Source of the DNA: an archaeon
Lineage (GTDB): Archaea > Nanobdellota > Nanobdellia > Pacearchaeales > GW2011-AR1
Direction of reading: 5' to 3'
DNA length: 64,000 nucleotides
Assembly: GCA_043810775.1 (NCBI GenBank)
Contig: JBDRNU010000026.1
Coordinates: 1-64,000, forward strand
Shown: in pieces, positions 17,736 to 27,064 of the stretch
Numbering within the stretch: the first letter of the stretch is position 1
How the letters are laid out: every line of letters starts with the position of its first letter
Notes under the pieces: generated by a model
Seen by the model: the letters and a program-made list of their open reading frames with translations, nothing else
The model's database searches: none
What the model was told of the DNA's origin: nothing
Made by a program: the position numbers and the translations under genes

Positions 17736-19667
17736 ATGAAAAGCACAAAAAAATATAAGGTTGGACTTTACAGCTTGCCCCCATACCAGCCAGTATATAT
17801 TCATCCAGCAACACCTTATCTAGCTGGGCATCTAAAATCAAAAGTTCCGGATATTGAAGTGCATCAAGAAGACCTGAATACTTCATCTCTAGACTACTTC
17901 CTAGGCCAGGATTTAACCAGCTCAATGCAAGATATAAAATTATATAAGGACTTTTCTGCATTTAAAAAAGCAAAACGTGAAATAGCTGAAAAAATTAGTG
18001 AAAAAACATCTGGAATTCTAACAATTGAAAGAAACAGCATTAACTATCTCCCGCCAGAAGACTATAAATCACGGCAAGGCCTTTTGGATGCAGTAAAAAC
18101 AAAAGAAAAAAACACTTATTATTATTTTTTCAAAGAAAGAGTTATTCCACAAATCGAGCAAGGCAACATAAATTTCACAGGGCTATCAGTTATCCATCAA
18201 AAACAAATGATTCCAGCCATAATCCTTGCTTCAATGATTAAGGAAAAATTCGGAAATAATGTCAAAATTGCCCTGGGTGGGAATATTATAACAAGAAATT
18301 ATGATGTTCTATCTAGGGATGATGAACTAAACAAGAAATTATTTGATTATTTTGATTATCTTGTGCATCATGAAGGGGAAACTGCTCTTAGTGAACTAGT
18401 TAAAAGTTTAAAAGAAGATAAAAGTTTTAGTAAAGTTCCTAAGTTAGTATATAAAAAAGAAGGAAAAGTTGCAGAAAATCTAGAATTCGTCATTGAAGAC
18501 CCAAATGCGATTTCAATGCCAGACTATGAAGGACTTATTGCACAGGCAAATCACTGGACACCCTTGCCAGTAATTCCATACCTAATAGGAAGAGGATGTA
18601 ATTGGGGGGCATGTAGCTTCTGTGATATTCCAACAGGATATGACATTTCAAAAGCAAGAATAGAGCAAGAAACTGGGAAAAAATTTAGTGCAGAAAATCA
18701 ACCCACAGCTAAAAGAAGAGTTCAAAACTTGGAAAAAGTAATAGCAGAGCTTCAGCAATTAAGTGAAAAATACAATACAAAATATTTTAGTTTTAGTGAT
18801 GAGGAACTATCTGGAGATTTATTAAGAGATTTCATTGAAAAAATTGAAAAGTCAGGGTTAAATATAGAATGGGAATGCTTCGGAAGAATTGAAGACCTAT
18901 ATCTAGACAAGGAATTTTGTGAAAAACTGGGAAAAACTGGTTGCAGGTTTATCCAATTTGGAATAGAATCTGCAAGCCAAAAAGTCCTTGATGCAAATAA
19001 AAAAGGATACGCATTTGAAACTGCAAGAGAAGTTTTAAAAAATACTTATAAAGCAGGAATCATGAACCACGCATTTATTCTAACTGGCCTTCCTGGAGAC
19101 AGTTTAATTGAATCCTCAAAGCTGATTGAATTTCTTGAAGAATCCTCACAGCACCTAACAACAATAAAACCAATCTCTTATAAAGTATCTAAATGGTCGC
19201 CAATTGCACTGCACCCAGAAGATTTTAGATTAAGTCTGGATAAAGCTAGCACGCCAGATTTAGAGCTGAAAATAAATGTTAATGAAAACTCAGGTATGAT
19301 GAGCCGTCATAAATCAATTGCTTTTACAAGATTACTAGAATTATGGATTGCTAAAAACCATAAAGTTAATCCTGTAACAAGTGAATATATGTATTCTCAA
19401 AGACTATTCTTAACAAGAGATGAATTAGAATCTTTTGCAAAAAATGAGGGAATTAAACTAAAACTCTCTAAAAAAGATACTGAAATGATAGCAAAAGTAT
19501 ATAATGGGTTAATAGAAGAAATTAAATTATTTGCTTATTCAAAAGATACTGAGAAAAGTGAAAGAAGTAAGTTTGAAAATTTATACAAAAAATTAAAGAA
19601 AAAAAGAAATGAACAAGTTGGTTTAGAACAAGCTTTCCAGCTCTGTAAAGAAGTAACAGGCATCTAG
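17736..19667 (+). CDS. B12-binding radical SAM enzyme (class B-like)
   Basis: RGCNWGACSFC cluster motif, N-terminal cobalamin-binding-like region (LGG, EGE), F.DE, GIES. Confidence 0.85.
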   Translation: MKSTKKYKVGLYSLPPYQPVYIHPATPYLAGHLKSKVPDIEVHQEDLNTSSLDYFLGQDLTSSMQDIKLYKDFSAFKKAKREIAEKISEKTSGILTIERNSINYLPPEDYKSRQGLLDAVKTKEKNTYYYFFKERVIPQIEQGNINFTGLSVIHQKQMIPAIILASMIKEKFGNNVKIALGGNIITRNYDVLSRDDELNKKLFDYFDYLVHHEGETALSELVKSLKEDKSFSKVPKLVYKKEGKVAENLEFVIEDPNAISMPDYEGLIAQANHWTPLPVIPYLIGRGCNWGACSFCDIPTGYDISKARIEQETGKKFSAENQPTAKRRVQNLEKVIAELQQLSEKYNTKYFSFSDEELSGDLLRDFIEKIEKSGLNIEWECFGRIEDLYLDKEFCEKLGKTGCRFIQFGIESASQKVLDANKKGYAFETAREVLKNTYKAGIMNHAFILTGLPGDSLIESSKLIEFLEESSQHLTTIKPISYKVSKWSPIALHPEDFRLSLDKASTPDLELKINVNENSGMMSRHKSIAFTRLLELWIAKNHKVNPVTSEYMYSQRLFLTRDELESFAKNEGIKLKLSKKDTEMIAKVYNGLIEEIKLFAYSKDTEKSERSKFENLYKKLKKKRNEQVGLEQAFQLCKEVTGI

Positions 19668-19708
19668 CAAAGCAAAAACCTTATAAATCCCCTTAGTTAA
19701 CAATAATT

Positions 19709-19876
19709 ATGGCATCAGACAATAGAATACATATGCCTTCAGGATTTGGGGGCTTGCTAAGATATGATGAAGAGTATGAGTCAAAATTCAAGCTTAAGCC
19801 AGAGCATGTAATAGTCTTCATAGTCCTGGTTTTATTATTTGTAATAATTCTCAATCTATTTTTTCCAATAGCTTAA
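19709..19876 (+). CDS. Preprotein translocase subunit Sec61beta (SecG-like)
   Basis: Not in the ORF track: MASDNRIHMPSGFGGLLRYDEEYESKFKLKPEHVIVFIVLVLLFVIILNLFFPIA; GL.RY..E and P-then-TM pattern. Confidence 0.88.
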   Translation: MASDNRIHMPSGFGGLLRYDEEYESKFKLKPEHVIVFIVLVLLFVIILNLFFPIA

Positions 19877-19877
19877 A

Positions 19878-20201
19878 ATGTTTAATATGGATCCTAAAAA
19901 AATGCAGGGCATGATGAAACAGCTGGGTATCAAGCAGGAAGAAATTCAGGCATCTCGAGTTATCATAGAGCAGGAAGATAAAAATATAATCCTAGAAAAT
20001 CCTTCTGTAACTAAGATTAAAATGCAGGGTCAGGAATCCTGGCAAATTACAGGTGATGAAAGAGTTGAAGAAAAACAAGAGGATAATACTGAAGACATCA
20101 AAACAATAATGGAAAAAACCTCCTGCTCTGAACAAGAAGCCAAACAGGCTCTTGAGCAATCTGATGGAGACTTGGCAGAAGCTATTCTTTCTTTATCTTA
20201 G
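19878..20201 (+). CDS. nac: Nascent polypeptide-associated complex protein
   Basis: MMKQLGI, NP.V, C-terminal UBA-like GDLAEAILSL. Confidence 0.93.
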   Translation: MFNMDPKKMQGMMKQLGIKQEEIQASRVIIEQEDKNIILENPSVTKIKMQGQESWQITGDERVEEKQEDNTEDIKTIMEKTSCSEQEAKQALEQSDGDLAEAILSLS

Positions 20202-20570
20202 TGATAAAACTTCTAAAGTAGTGTCTCTCAAAGGTTCATTTTCAATATCTTGAATTAGCTCGCCTAAAAAAAGGTCGCACATAAGAAGGTCAAGCTGTTC
20301 CATATCAACTTTTTTCCCTTCATCTATGCACTTCTTTTCTCTTAACAAATCTAAAATTTTAAAGTACTGTTCATCTGAAACACATCCTCGCGGAGGTAAT
20401 GCCTTGTTAACCATTGCATGTACATAAACTCTATCAAAAGGTACTTTATTAATGCCTCTTTTTTCTAAAGCTCTTACTTGCAAAGAATCCCACTCATGAT
20501 AAACTCTCCTATTAAAATCACCATCACCTACATACTCATAATCCTTATTATCAAAATCATTAAAAAACAT
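20193..20570 (-). CDS. Hypothetical protein (ORFan)
   Basis: 125-aa ORF with its own TATA; flanked by a 14-bp direct repeat. Confidence 0.6.
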   Translation of the reverse strand: MFFNDFDNKDYEYVGDGDFNRRVYHEWDSLQVRALEKRGINKVPFDRVYVHAMVNKALPPRGCVSDEQYFKILDLLREKKCIDEGKKVDMEQLDLLMCDLFLGELIQDIENEPLRDTTLEVLSLR

Positions 20571-20631
20571 AAATCAACTAGAAATTTATAATTTATAAAT
20601 ATTTATATACTAAAGAAAAACTATTCTTTCT

Positions 20632-21189
20632 TTAAGCTAATAATACATAGCTAAAAATCAAGTTCCATATTATTATCATTGATAATAAAAAAGTTTCTGA
20701 GACTCCTGACATTAATTTATATTTTTTGCCTAAGATAAAAGATCCTGCAAAAAGCACAGCAAGAAAGATTACCCCAACTATTCCTATTAATTGACTAAGA
20801 AATAAAAGCTTAATATGAAATATTAATGCTCCTATGATTGCAGATACAAAAATAACTCTGCTTGCAATTGTATGTATTTTTTTATGATTCCCATACTGAA
20901 AAATAGATGCAACAACTAGGGCAACTCCTGCAATTACAAAAAGTGAAATTTCTAAATGAGGATTTGGAATTTCAAGCGCAAGAACTAATATAATATAGAA
21001 AATAACCTGCAATATACCTGAAATAGCCAAACACGGGTTGTAAAACTTCTTTGTTTTGCTGGAATTTCCACAATAGCAAAATGGATGCTTTTTAAAATCA
21101 AAATCTTTATTTGCCTTAACACAGATAAAATGATACATAAATGCAAAGATAGAATTAACTATTCCCAAATATTTTAGCATCTCTAACAT
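20632..21189 (-). CDS. Multi-pass membrane protein (DUF998-like)
   Basis: Five to six hydrophobic segments, IH..A motif, C-terminal E. Confidence 0.6.
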   Translation of the reverse strand: MLEMLKYLGIVNSIFAFMYHFICVKANKDFDFKKHPFCYCGNSSKTKKFYNPCLAISGILQVIFYIILVLALEIPNPHLEISLFVIAGVALVVASIFQYGNHKKIHTIASRVIFVSAIIGALIFHIKLLFLSQLIGIVGVIFLAVLFAGSFILGKKYKLMSGVSETFLLSMIIIWNLIFSYVLLA

Positions 21190-21298
21190 AACTTTAAGAT
21201 AATTTATTGATTTTTAAACCTATCTTAAGTATAATCTTATAACCGAAACATTTTTGAAATCTTATTTCTATAGTAGTATAGTCAGAAACTAAGGGAAA

Positions 21299-21772
21299 AT
21301 GGCAGTTGAAGAGAAATTTATTCAGTCGCTGAACCTAGCTAGTAAGCACCTTCAAACAGCGGACCACATGACTTATATTACCTATCCTCTAATAAAGGAA
21401 AAAAGGCTTCTTCTTAAGATACTTTCTGAACTGCATATATCAGTTATTAATATTGTAAATTCCATACTGCAGTATGAATACTACTATAAAAGAATCCAGA
21501 TTTACTCAGATGCACGCTCTAATTTTGAAGAATTTAAAGACAAATGCGCCCCAAGATATAATATTACAGTAGAACAAGTAAAAAAAATACTTGAAATCAT
21601 AAAAATAGCAGAGCGCCATAAAAACTCGCCCTTTGAGTTCATAAAAGATGATAAAATAGTAATCATGACAGATAATATGCAGACTGAAACCCTTACTTTA
21701 GAAAAAACCAAGGGATTTTTACTTGAAGTAAAAGACATGCTTAGAAAAGCCAGCACTAAAATCAGGAGATAA
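21299..21772 (+). CDS. Conserved hypothetical helical protein
   Basis: Strong promoter and RBS; ADHM.Y motif shared with 22985-23422. Confidence 0.75.
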   Translation: MAVEEKFIQSLNLASKHLQTADHMTYITYPLIKEKRLLLKILSELHISVINIVNSILQYEYYYKRIQIYSDARSNFEEFKDKCAPRYNITVEQVKKILEIIKIAERHKNSPFEFIKDDKIVIMTDNMQTETLTLEKTKGFLLEVKDMLRKASTKIRR

Positions 21773-21844
21773 TTCAGCCATAAAACTAGAAAATCAGATG
21801 ATTTTTTATAAAAGTTTTAGAAATAACCTTAATTTATTACTTTC

Positions 21845-22798
21845 CTATGTAAAAATTTTCTCAAATTGAGAAGGGGTTCTAGAAATTACATTGCTATTAA
21901 TCCATAATGCAACATCTTCTAATTTTTGTAAGCCTTCTCCCGAATCTCCAGGAAGATAATCAACTCCCCACCCCATTCCAGGATGTGCTGATACAACTAA
22001 ATCTCCACCAAATCTCTTAATAAGAATTCCCTTAAGATGAACTTCCTCAAGATATGTCCCTTTTTCAAATTCCTCTTTCTCTGGCTCTCCTACTATTATT
22101 GTCTTGTAAGGAAATGATATATCAAAAGCATGAGAATTTATTAGCCCTACTTGCTTTAAAGTAATTCCAATGTGGTTTAACCATAAACTTTCTTGTCTAT
22201 GGGTTAATCTGCCAGTATACCTTAAATTTTCACTAGGAGAAAATTCAAAGGGGATAGAGACATTTAGAGATCTTTCTAGTTCTGGGCATACTTGTAACGG
22301 AGTAAATGCTTCTTTTAAATCTCCTCTTTGCAAAATATAAGATATCTCTAAAAAAGAATTCCCACTATTTCTTATTAATTCAGCACGCTCGTAAAGTTGT
22401 TGTGGAACAGATGCTAAACCAGGGTAATAAGGCAGAACAATTCTTTTAGAATCAAGTTCTTTTAAAAAGTTAAATACTCTTTTTCCTGCAGAACTTATTA
22501 TTTTCTCTCTCTTAGAAGTGTCTAAAATTTCTTCACCAGGAAGGGCAATAGCTCCTCTTAGTTTCCTTGTAAAATTTCCATCATAGTGAGTCCAATTCCC
22601 AAGTCTCCCAAGCTCACTACCAGCATAACGAGAATTATCTCGGAGGTGGAAAGAACAATCTTCAGATCCTCCTTCAGAAGGAGCAAAGTACCACAATGGA
22701 GAAAATGGATCAGCACCATATTTTTCACAATTCACAAAAAATTCTGTAAGAATGTCTGCACATTTCTCATTGCCTTTAATTTGCCATTTCCTTCCCAT
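21845..22798 (-). CDS. Hypothetical protein (ORFan)
   Basis: 317-aa ORF; flanked by an imperfect 19-bp direct repeat. Confidence 0.65.
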   Translation of the reverse strand: MGRKWQIKGNEKCADILTEFFVNCEKYGADPFSPLWYFAPSEGGSEDCSFHLRDNSRYAGSELGRLGNWTHYDGNFTRKLRGAIALPGEEILDTSKREKIISSAGKRVFNFLKELDSKRIVLPYYPGLASVPQQLYERAELIRNSGNSFLEISYILQRGDLKEAFTPLQVCPELERSLNVSIPFEFSPSENLRYTGRLTHRQESLWLNHIGITLKQVGLINSHAFDISFPYKTIIVGEPEKEEFEKGTYLEEVHLKGILIKRFGGDLVVSAHPGMGWGVDYLPGDSGEGLQKLEDVALWINSNVISRTPSQFEKIFT

Positions 22799-22984
22799 AA
22801 AAATTATATATATTTGGGTTTTTTAAGTATTATTATACTAGACAATCAGGTAATTATTAAGTCCTAAATCTAGGCAATCAAGGCATATTTCACTATAATC
22901 AAGGGGTCAAAGAAAAAGTATAAATACTAGTATTACTTTAACAAATATACCCCTCAAAAAGAAAGAGGTAATTGGGGCCCAGCC

Positions 22985-23422
22985 ATGGAAAGAATAATTC
23001 AGGAGAAAATATCAGCAGATCACCTGCTTTATGTAAGCCTAAAATACACCAAAACAGGTGATGTAATGCTAAATCTAATTACAAGATGGAAATCAATGAT
23101 AGATGGATGTATAAATAGAATGCTGGAAAAAGCCAAAAAAAAGAAGGTTATAAAATCCATTCCTCTGGCACCTAAGCAAAAAATAGACAAAATACGCGAA
23201 ATTTACAAGAAAAATCCAGATATAATAGAAACCATGAACTTATATGAATTCTTCAAAAGAACAGAAAACGCAGAAAAGCTAAAAGAGCATGAATTCAGGA
23301 AAAATGTTACACTAAAAATTCTAGACAGGGGAGAGTGGATAGATATAAATCTAGACAAACTTAAAGAATATAATCTAATTTTAGAAAGGTTTATAAGTCA
23401 AACCAAACAAATTCTTTCATAA
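22985..23422 (+). CDS. Conserved hypothetical helical protein
   Basis: ADHLLY motif; directly upstream of minD. Confidence 0.75.
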   Translation: MERIIQEKISADHLLYVSLKYTKTGDVMLNLITRWKSMIDGCINRMLEKAKKKKVIKSIPLAPKQKIDKIREIYKKNPDIIETMNLYEFFKRTENAEKLKEHEFRKNVTLKILDRGEWIDINLDKLKEYNLILERFISQTKQILS

Positions 23423-23442
23423 TAAGAAGCTTGATTTTTAAA

Positions 23443-24213
23443 ATGGGAAAAATTTATACTATAATTTCAGGTAAAGGAGGTGTAGGAAAAACAACTTCAG
23501 CTATAAATTTAGCTGCTGCTCTTAACAGCCTGCAAGAAGAAGCAATAGTAGTTGATGGTAATCTAATCACTCCAAATGTTGGCTTGCATTTTGGAGCCCC
23601 AATAGTCCCAGTAAGCCTAAATCATGTTTTAAATGGAAAAGCAGTTATACACGAAGCTATCTATGAGCACGAATCTGGAACCAAGGTAATTCCAGCTTCA
23701 CTATCTCTAAAAGACCTTAAAAAAACAAACCCGGAAAAACTCAAGAATGCAGTTAAACTGCTGAAAAAAACATCAGACCATATAATACTAGATTCAGCTG
23801 CTGGACTAGGTGAAGAAGCTCTTGCTGCAATAGATGCAGGAGATGAAATTATAATAATCACCAACCCAGAAATGCCTGCAGTAACTGACGCTCTTAAAAC
23901 AATTAAAATAGCAGAAGAAAGAAAAAAGCCAGTTACAGGAGTAATCATCACCAGGATAAAAAGAGATGGATATGATATGCCTTACCTAAATGTTAAAGGT
24001 ATGTTAGAGGTTCCAATCTTAGGAATTATACCAGAAGACAAGAACATGAGAAAAGCTCTTGTAATGAAAAACGCCGTCTATCACACTCACCCAAATTCAA
24101 AGTCATCTCGCGCCTACCGTGAAATAGCTGAAAAGCTTTCTGGAAAGAAATACGATTCAATTAACAAGCCTAGCTTATATGAACAAGTTCTTAAAAAAAT
24201 AGGCTTGCGATAA
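23443..24213 (+). CDS. minD: MinD/ParA-family ATPase (archaeal MinD)
   Basis: Deviant Walker A SGKGGVGKTT, D.AAGLG, IPED. Confidence 0.92.
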   Translation: MGKIYTIISGKGGVGKTTSAINLAAALNSLQEEAIVVDGNLITPNVGLHFGAPIVPVSLNHVLNGKAVIHEAIYEHESGTKVIPASLSLKDLKKTNPEKLKNAVKLLKKTSDHIILDSAAGLGEEALAAIDAGDEIIIITNPEMPAVTDALKTIKIAEERKKPVTGVIITRIKRDGYDMPYLNVKGMLEVPILGIIPEDKNMRKALVMKNAVYHTHPNSKSSRAYREIAEKLSGKKYDSINKPSLYEQVLKKIGLR

Positions 24214-24243
24214 GTTTATAATAAACTATTTTTTTATCGTTTT

Positions 24244-24645
24244 ATGAAGTTTTATATTTCTGCAAAGTGGCAGTTAGTCGAAGAAGTGAGAAAAATTCAC
24301 AAGTTGCTAAAAGAAAAGGGTCATGAAATTACAGAAGACTGGACTCTTCATAATTGTGTAAAGCCATATGATAAAGATGTTAAAGTATCTAATGAATTGG
24401 CAAAAAAAGACATTCAAGGCGTCTTAAATGCTGATGTTTATGTTCTTTTAAGTGACAATAAGGGAATTGGTAAATATATAGAGTTAGGTGCTGCACTTGC
24501 CTCTAATGTTCTTGCAGGAAAGCCCTTGATTTATGTTATAGGGAGTCTTAACAACCAGTCGCAATTTTATTTTCATCCAGAAGTTAGGCTTAAAAGAAAT
24601 TTTGATGAAGTTCTTGAAGAAGTTGATAAATTAGGAGTAAAGTAA
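24244..24645 (+). CDS. Nucleoside 2-deoxyribosyltransferase-like protein
   Basis: FYISA, D..GV..AD, G.YIELGAA motifs. Confidence 0.75.
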   Translation: MKFYISAKWQLVEEVRKIHKLLKEKGHEITEDWTLHNCVKPYDKDVKVSNELAKKDIQGVLNADVYVLLSDNKGIGKYIELGAALASNVLAGKPLIYVIGSLNNQSQFYFHPEVRLKRNFDEVLEEVDKLGVK

Positions 24646-24668
24646 ACTTAAATCCAGTTCTGTATAAA

Positions 24669-24992
24669 ATGAACATAGAAAATTTAAATTTAGATCCATG
24701 GGAGCTAAAAAAAGCCCTTGAACCACTAGGATATATTTTTCCTGACAGATTTACCTTTAAAACAAGAACATCAGGGAAATTTGATTCAGACGGGGAAGTG
24801 TATATTACTAATGCAGATATGCAGCTTCAGTCATTCATGATATATAGAAAAAGAGGTAATGAAAACATTGGTTTTAAAGTAATTCCCCATTCAATTTATG
24901 AAAAAAATTCCAATCCAAGACTAATAAAAACTCTAATTCCATTTCCAGATGAATTAGTAAAAGAACTGGAGTTGATTTTAGAAAAAAAATAA
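24669..24992 (+). CDS. Hypothetical protein (ORFan)
   Basis: 107-aa ORF ending just before the tRNA 3' end. Confidence 0.6.
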   Translation: MNIENLNLDPWELKKALEPLGYIFPDRFTFKTRTSGKFDSDGEVYITNADMQLQSFMIYRKRGNENIGFKVIPHSIYEKNSNPRLIKTLIPFPDELVKELELILEKK

Positions 24993-24994
24993 AA

Positions 24995-25067
24995 TGGGCC
25001 CTAGCAGAATTGAACTGCTGATCTCTTCCGTGTGAAGGAAGCGTCATAACCACTAGACTAAAGGCCC
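24995..25067 (-). tRNA. tRNA-Val(CAC)
   Basis: GGGCCTT/AGGGCCC acceptor stem, anticodon arm CTTCC-TTCACAC-GGAAG, T loop TTCAATT; CCA not encoded. Confidence 0.95.
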
Positions 25068-25098
25068 TGAGTATAACTAGAAATAAGGATATTTTAAA

Positions 25099-25359
25099 TT
25101 AACTGCGAACAGAGCTATTAACACTAAATTCTTGCTCAACAGCAAGATAAGCCAATCTTTTCAATCTTCTCATATTCTGTGGCTCATCAACTTCAGCATA
25201 GTTTATTCCAATTCTAGGCAGTATAGTTTCGCAATAGCACAAATCATGAAGCTTTTTATCAAATTCACTACGTTTCTCACAGCTTAATCCATCTATTTCA
25301 GAGTAAATTACAAGCATTTCTTCTGTAGTTAGAGAATTAAACCTTTCAATTAAGCCCAT
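25099..25359 (-). CDS. Hypothetical protein (ORFan)
   Basis: 86 aa, SD GGAGGAG. Confidence 0.6.
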   Translation of the reverse strand: MGLIERFNSLTTEEMLVIYSEIDGLSCEKRSEFDKKLHDLCYCETILPRIGINYAEVDEPQNMRRLKRLAYLAVEQEFSVNSSVRS

Positions 25360-25380
25360 TTACTCCTCCAAAACACCATT

Positions 25381-25596
25381 TTAAAATACTAGAAATTCAT
25401 CAGCTAAAACCATTTCAACAGGAGTCATATCACTAAAATAATTTAACTCACTATCAGCACCGCATTCAAAGCACCTGTACAAGCCAATAAAATCCTCCCT
25501 GGCTTTAAGTCTAGACATCAGCACATCATCCTCTCCACAATAAGGGCACTGCTCAGCAATAACAAGTTCATAAAGTTCATCCCTTACTCCTTCCAT
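25381..25596 (-). CDS. Small Zn-ribbon protein
   Basis: CPYC...CFEC. Confidence 0.65.
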   Translation of the reverse strand: MEGVRDELYELVIAEQCPYCGEDDVLMSRLKAREDFIGLYRCFECGADSELNYFSDMTPVEMVLADEFLVF

Positions 25597-25597
25597 T

Positions 25598-27030
25598 TTA
25601 ATCCTTTATTTTTGTAAACAAAATCTGTGCCTTTTTAATTTTTTGTATGCTAATTGGCTTGTTAATTTCCTCAATCCCTATCTTAAATCCAAAATGCTTG
25701 GCTATCTTCTCACTAGTCTCAGGAATAAAAGGATAAAGCAAAATAGAAATTGCCTTAATGCTGTCAACTAATTCATATAGCTTCTTTGAATCTCCGCTTT
25801 CCCATAGCTTATTTTTCTGAACATACTCATTGCAAATGTCAATAAACGCAAAAATCTCATTTAACGCCTTGTCAAACTGATAGCTGTCAACTAATTTGAT
25901 TATTTTTTTTAATTTTAATTTTCCAAGCAGCTTGTTTTGAGTTTTCTCGACGCCAAATTTCTCCCCCAAAGCACTGACTCTTGAAATCAAATTTCCCAGC
26001 TTGTTCGCAAGCTCATTATTATGCCTGTCAACTAAAGATTGCTCTGAAAAATCTCCATCATCTCCAAAAGGAGTTCCCCTAAACAAGAAATATCTTGCAG
26101 AATCAACACCAGCAATTCCAATTAGCTCATCAACATTAATTACCTTGCCCCTAGATTTTGAGATTTTTTCCTTATCAAAAGTCCACCAACCATGAGCAAA
26201 AACATTTTTAGGAAGTTCTATTCCTGCTGACATTAACATAGCAGGCCAGTATACAGTATGAAACCATATAATATCTTTCCCAATCAAGTGAACATCTGCA
26301 GGCCAGAATTTTTCTTTTCCTTTTTGCCTAGATGCAGAATAATAATTAAGCAATGCGTCAAACCAGACATAAGCCACATGCTTCTTATCAAATGGAAGAG
26401 AAACTCCCCAGTCAAAACCTATCCTAGAAATGCTAAAATCTTGTAATCCCTCCTTAACTCTGTTAATAATTTCATTTTCTCTTGACTTAGGCAAAATAAA
26501 TCCGGTTTTATATAAATCAAGAAGCTTTTTCTGATACTTGCTTAACTTAAAAAAATAGCTGTCTTCCTTTAGTTTATCAACTTTCTCTTGTGTATTGGAC
26601 AGCACTCATTAACCAAATCTTTTTCAGTAAAATAAGCCTCACAATCTACACAATAATAGCCCTCATACTGCCCAAAATAAATCTCACCCCTGTCATAAAT
26701 TTTCTGAATTATTTCCTGCACAACTTTTTCATGGTCAGGGTCAGTAGTCCTAATAAATCGGTCATATTGTATGTTTAATTTCTTCCACGCATCTTTGAAT
26801 TTTGGTATTAGCTCGTCGACAAATTGCTTTTCTGGCTTGCCTGCTTTTTGGGCTGCATTTTGAATTTTTTTTCCATGGTCATCAGTTCCAGTAAGGAAAA
26901 ATACTTCATTTCCCTTAATATGATTCCATCTAGCCAAAACATCAGCTGCTAATGTAGTATAACCATGCCCAATATGAGGTATATCACTGGGATAATAGAT
27001 GGGAGTAGTTACATAAAATTTCTTTGCCAT
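25598..27030 (-). CDS. metG: Methionine--tRNA ligase split by one frameshift near 26580-26590
   Basis: N-part 26569-27030 has TTPIYY, HIGH and the Zn knuckle; C-part 25598-26605 has SYFF, YVWFDAL, KISKS; the parts join after a -1 shift. Confidence 0.9.
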
Positions 27031-27064
27031 GAAAAATAGAGAAACGCTATTTATTTAAAGCTTA

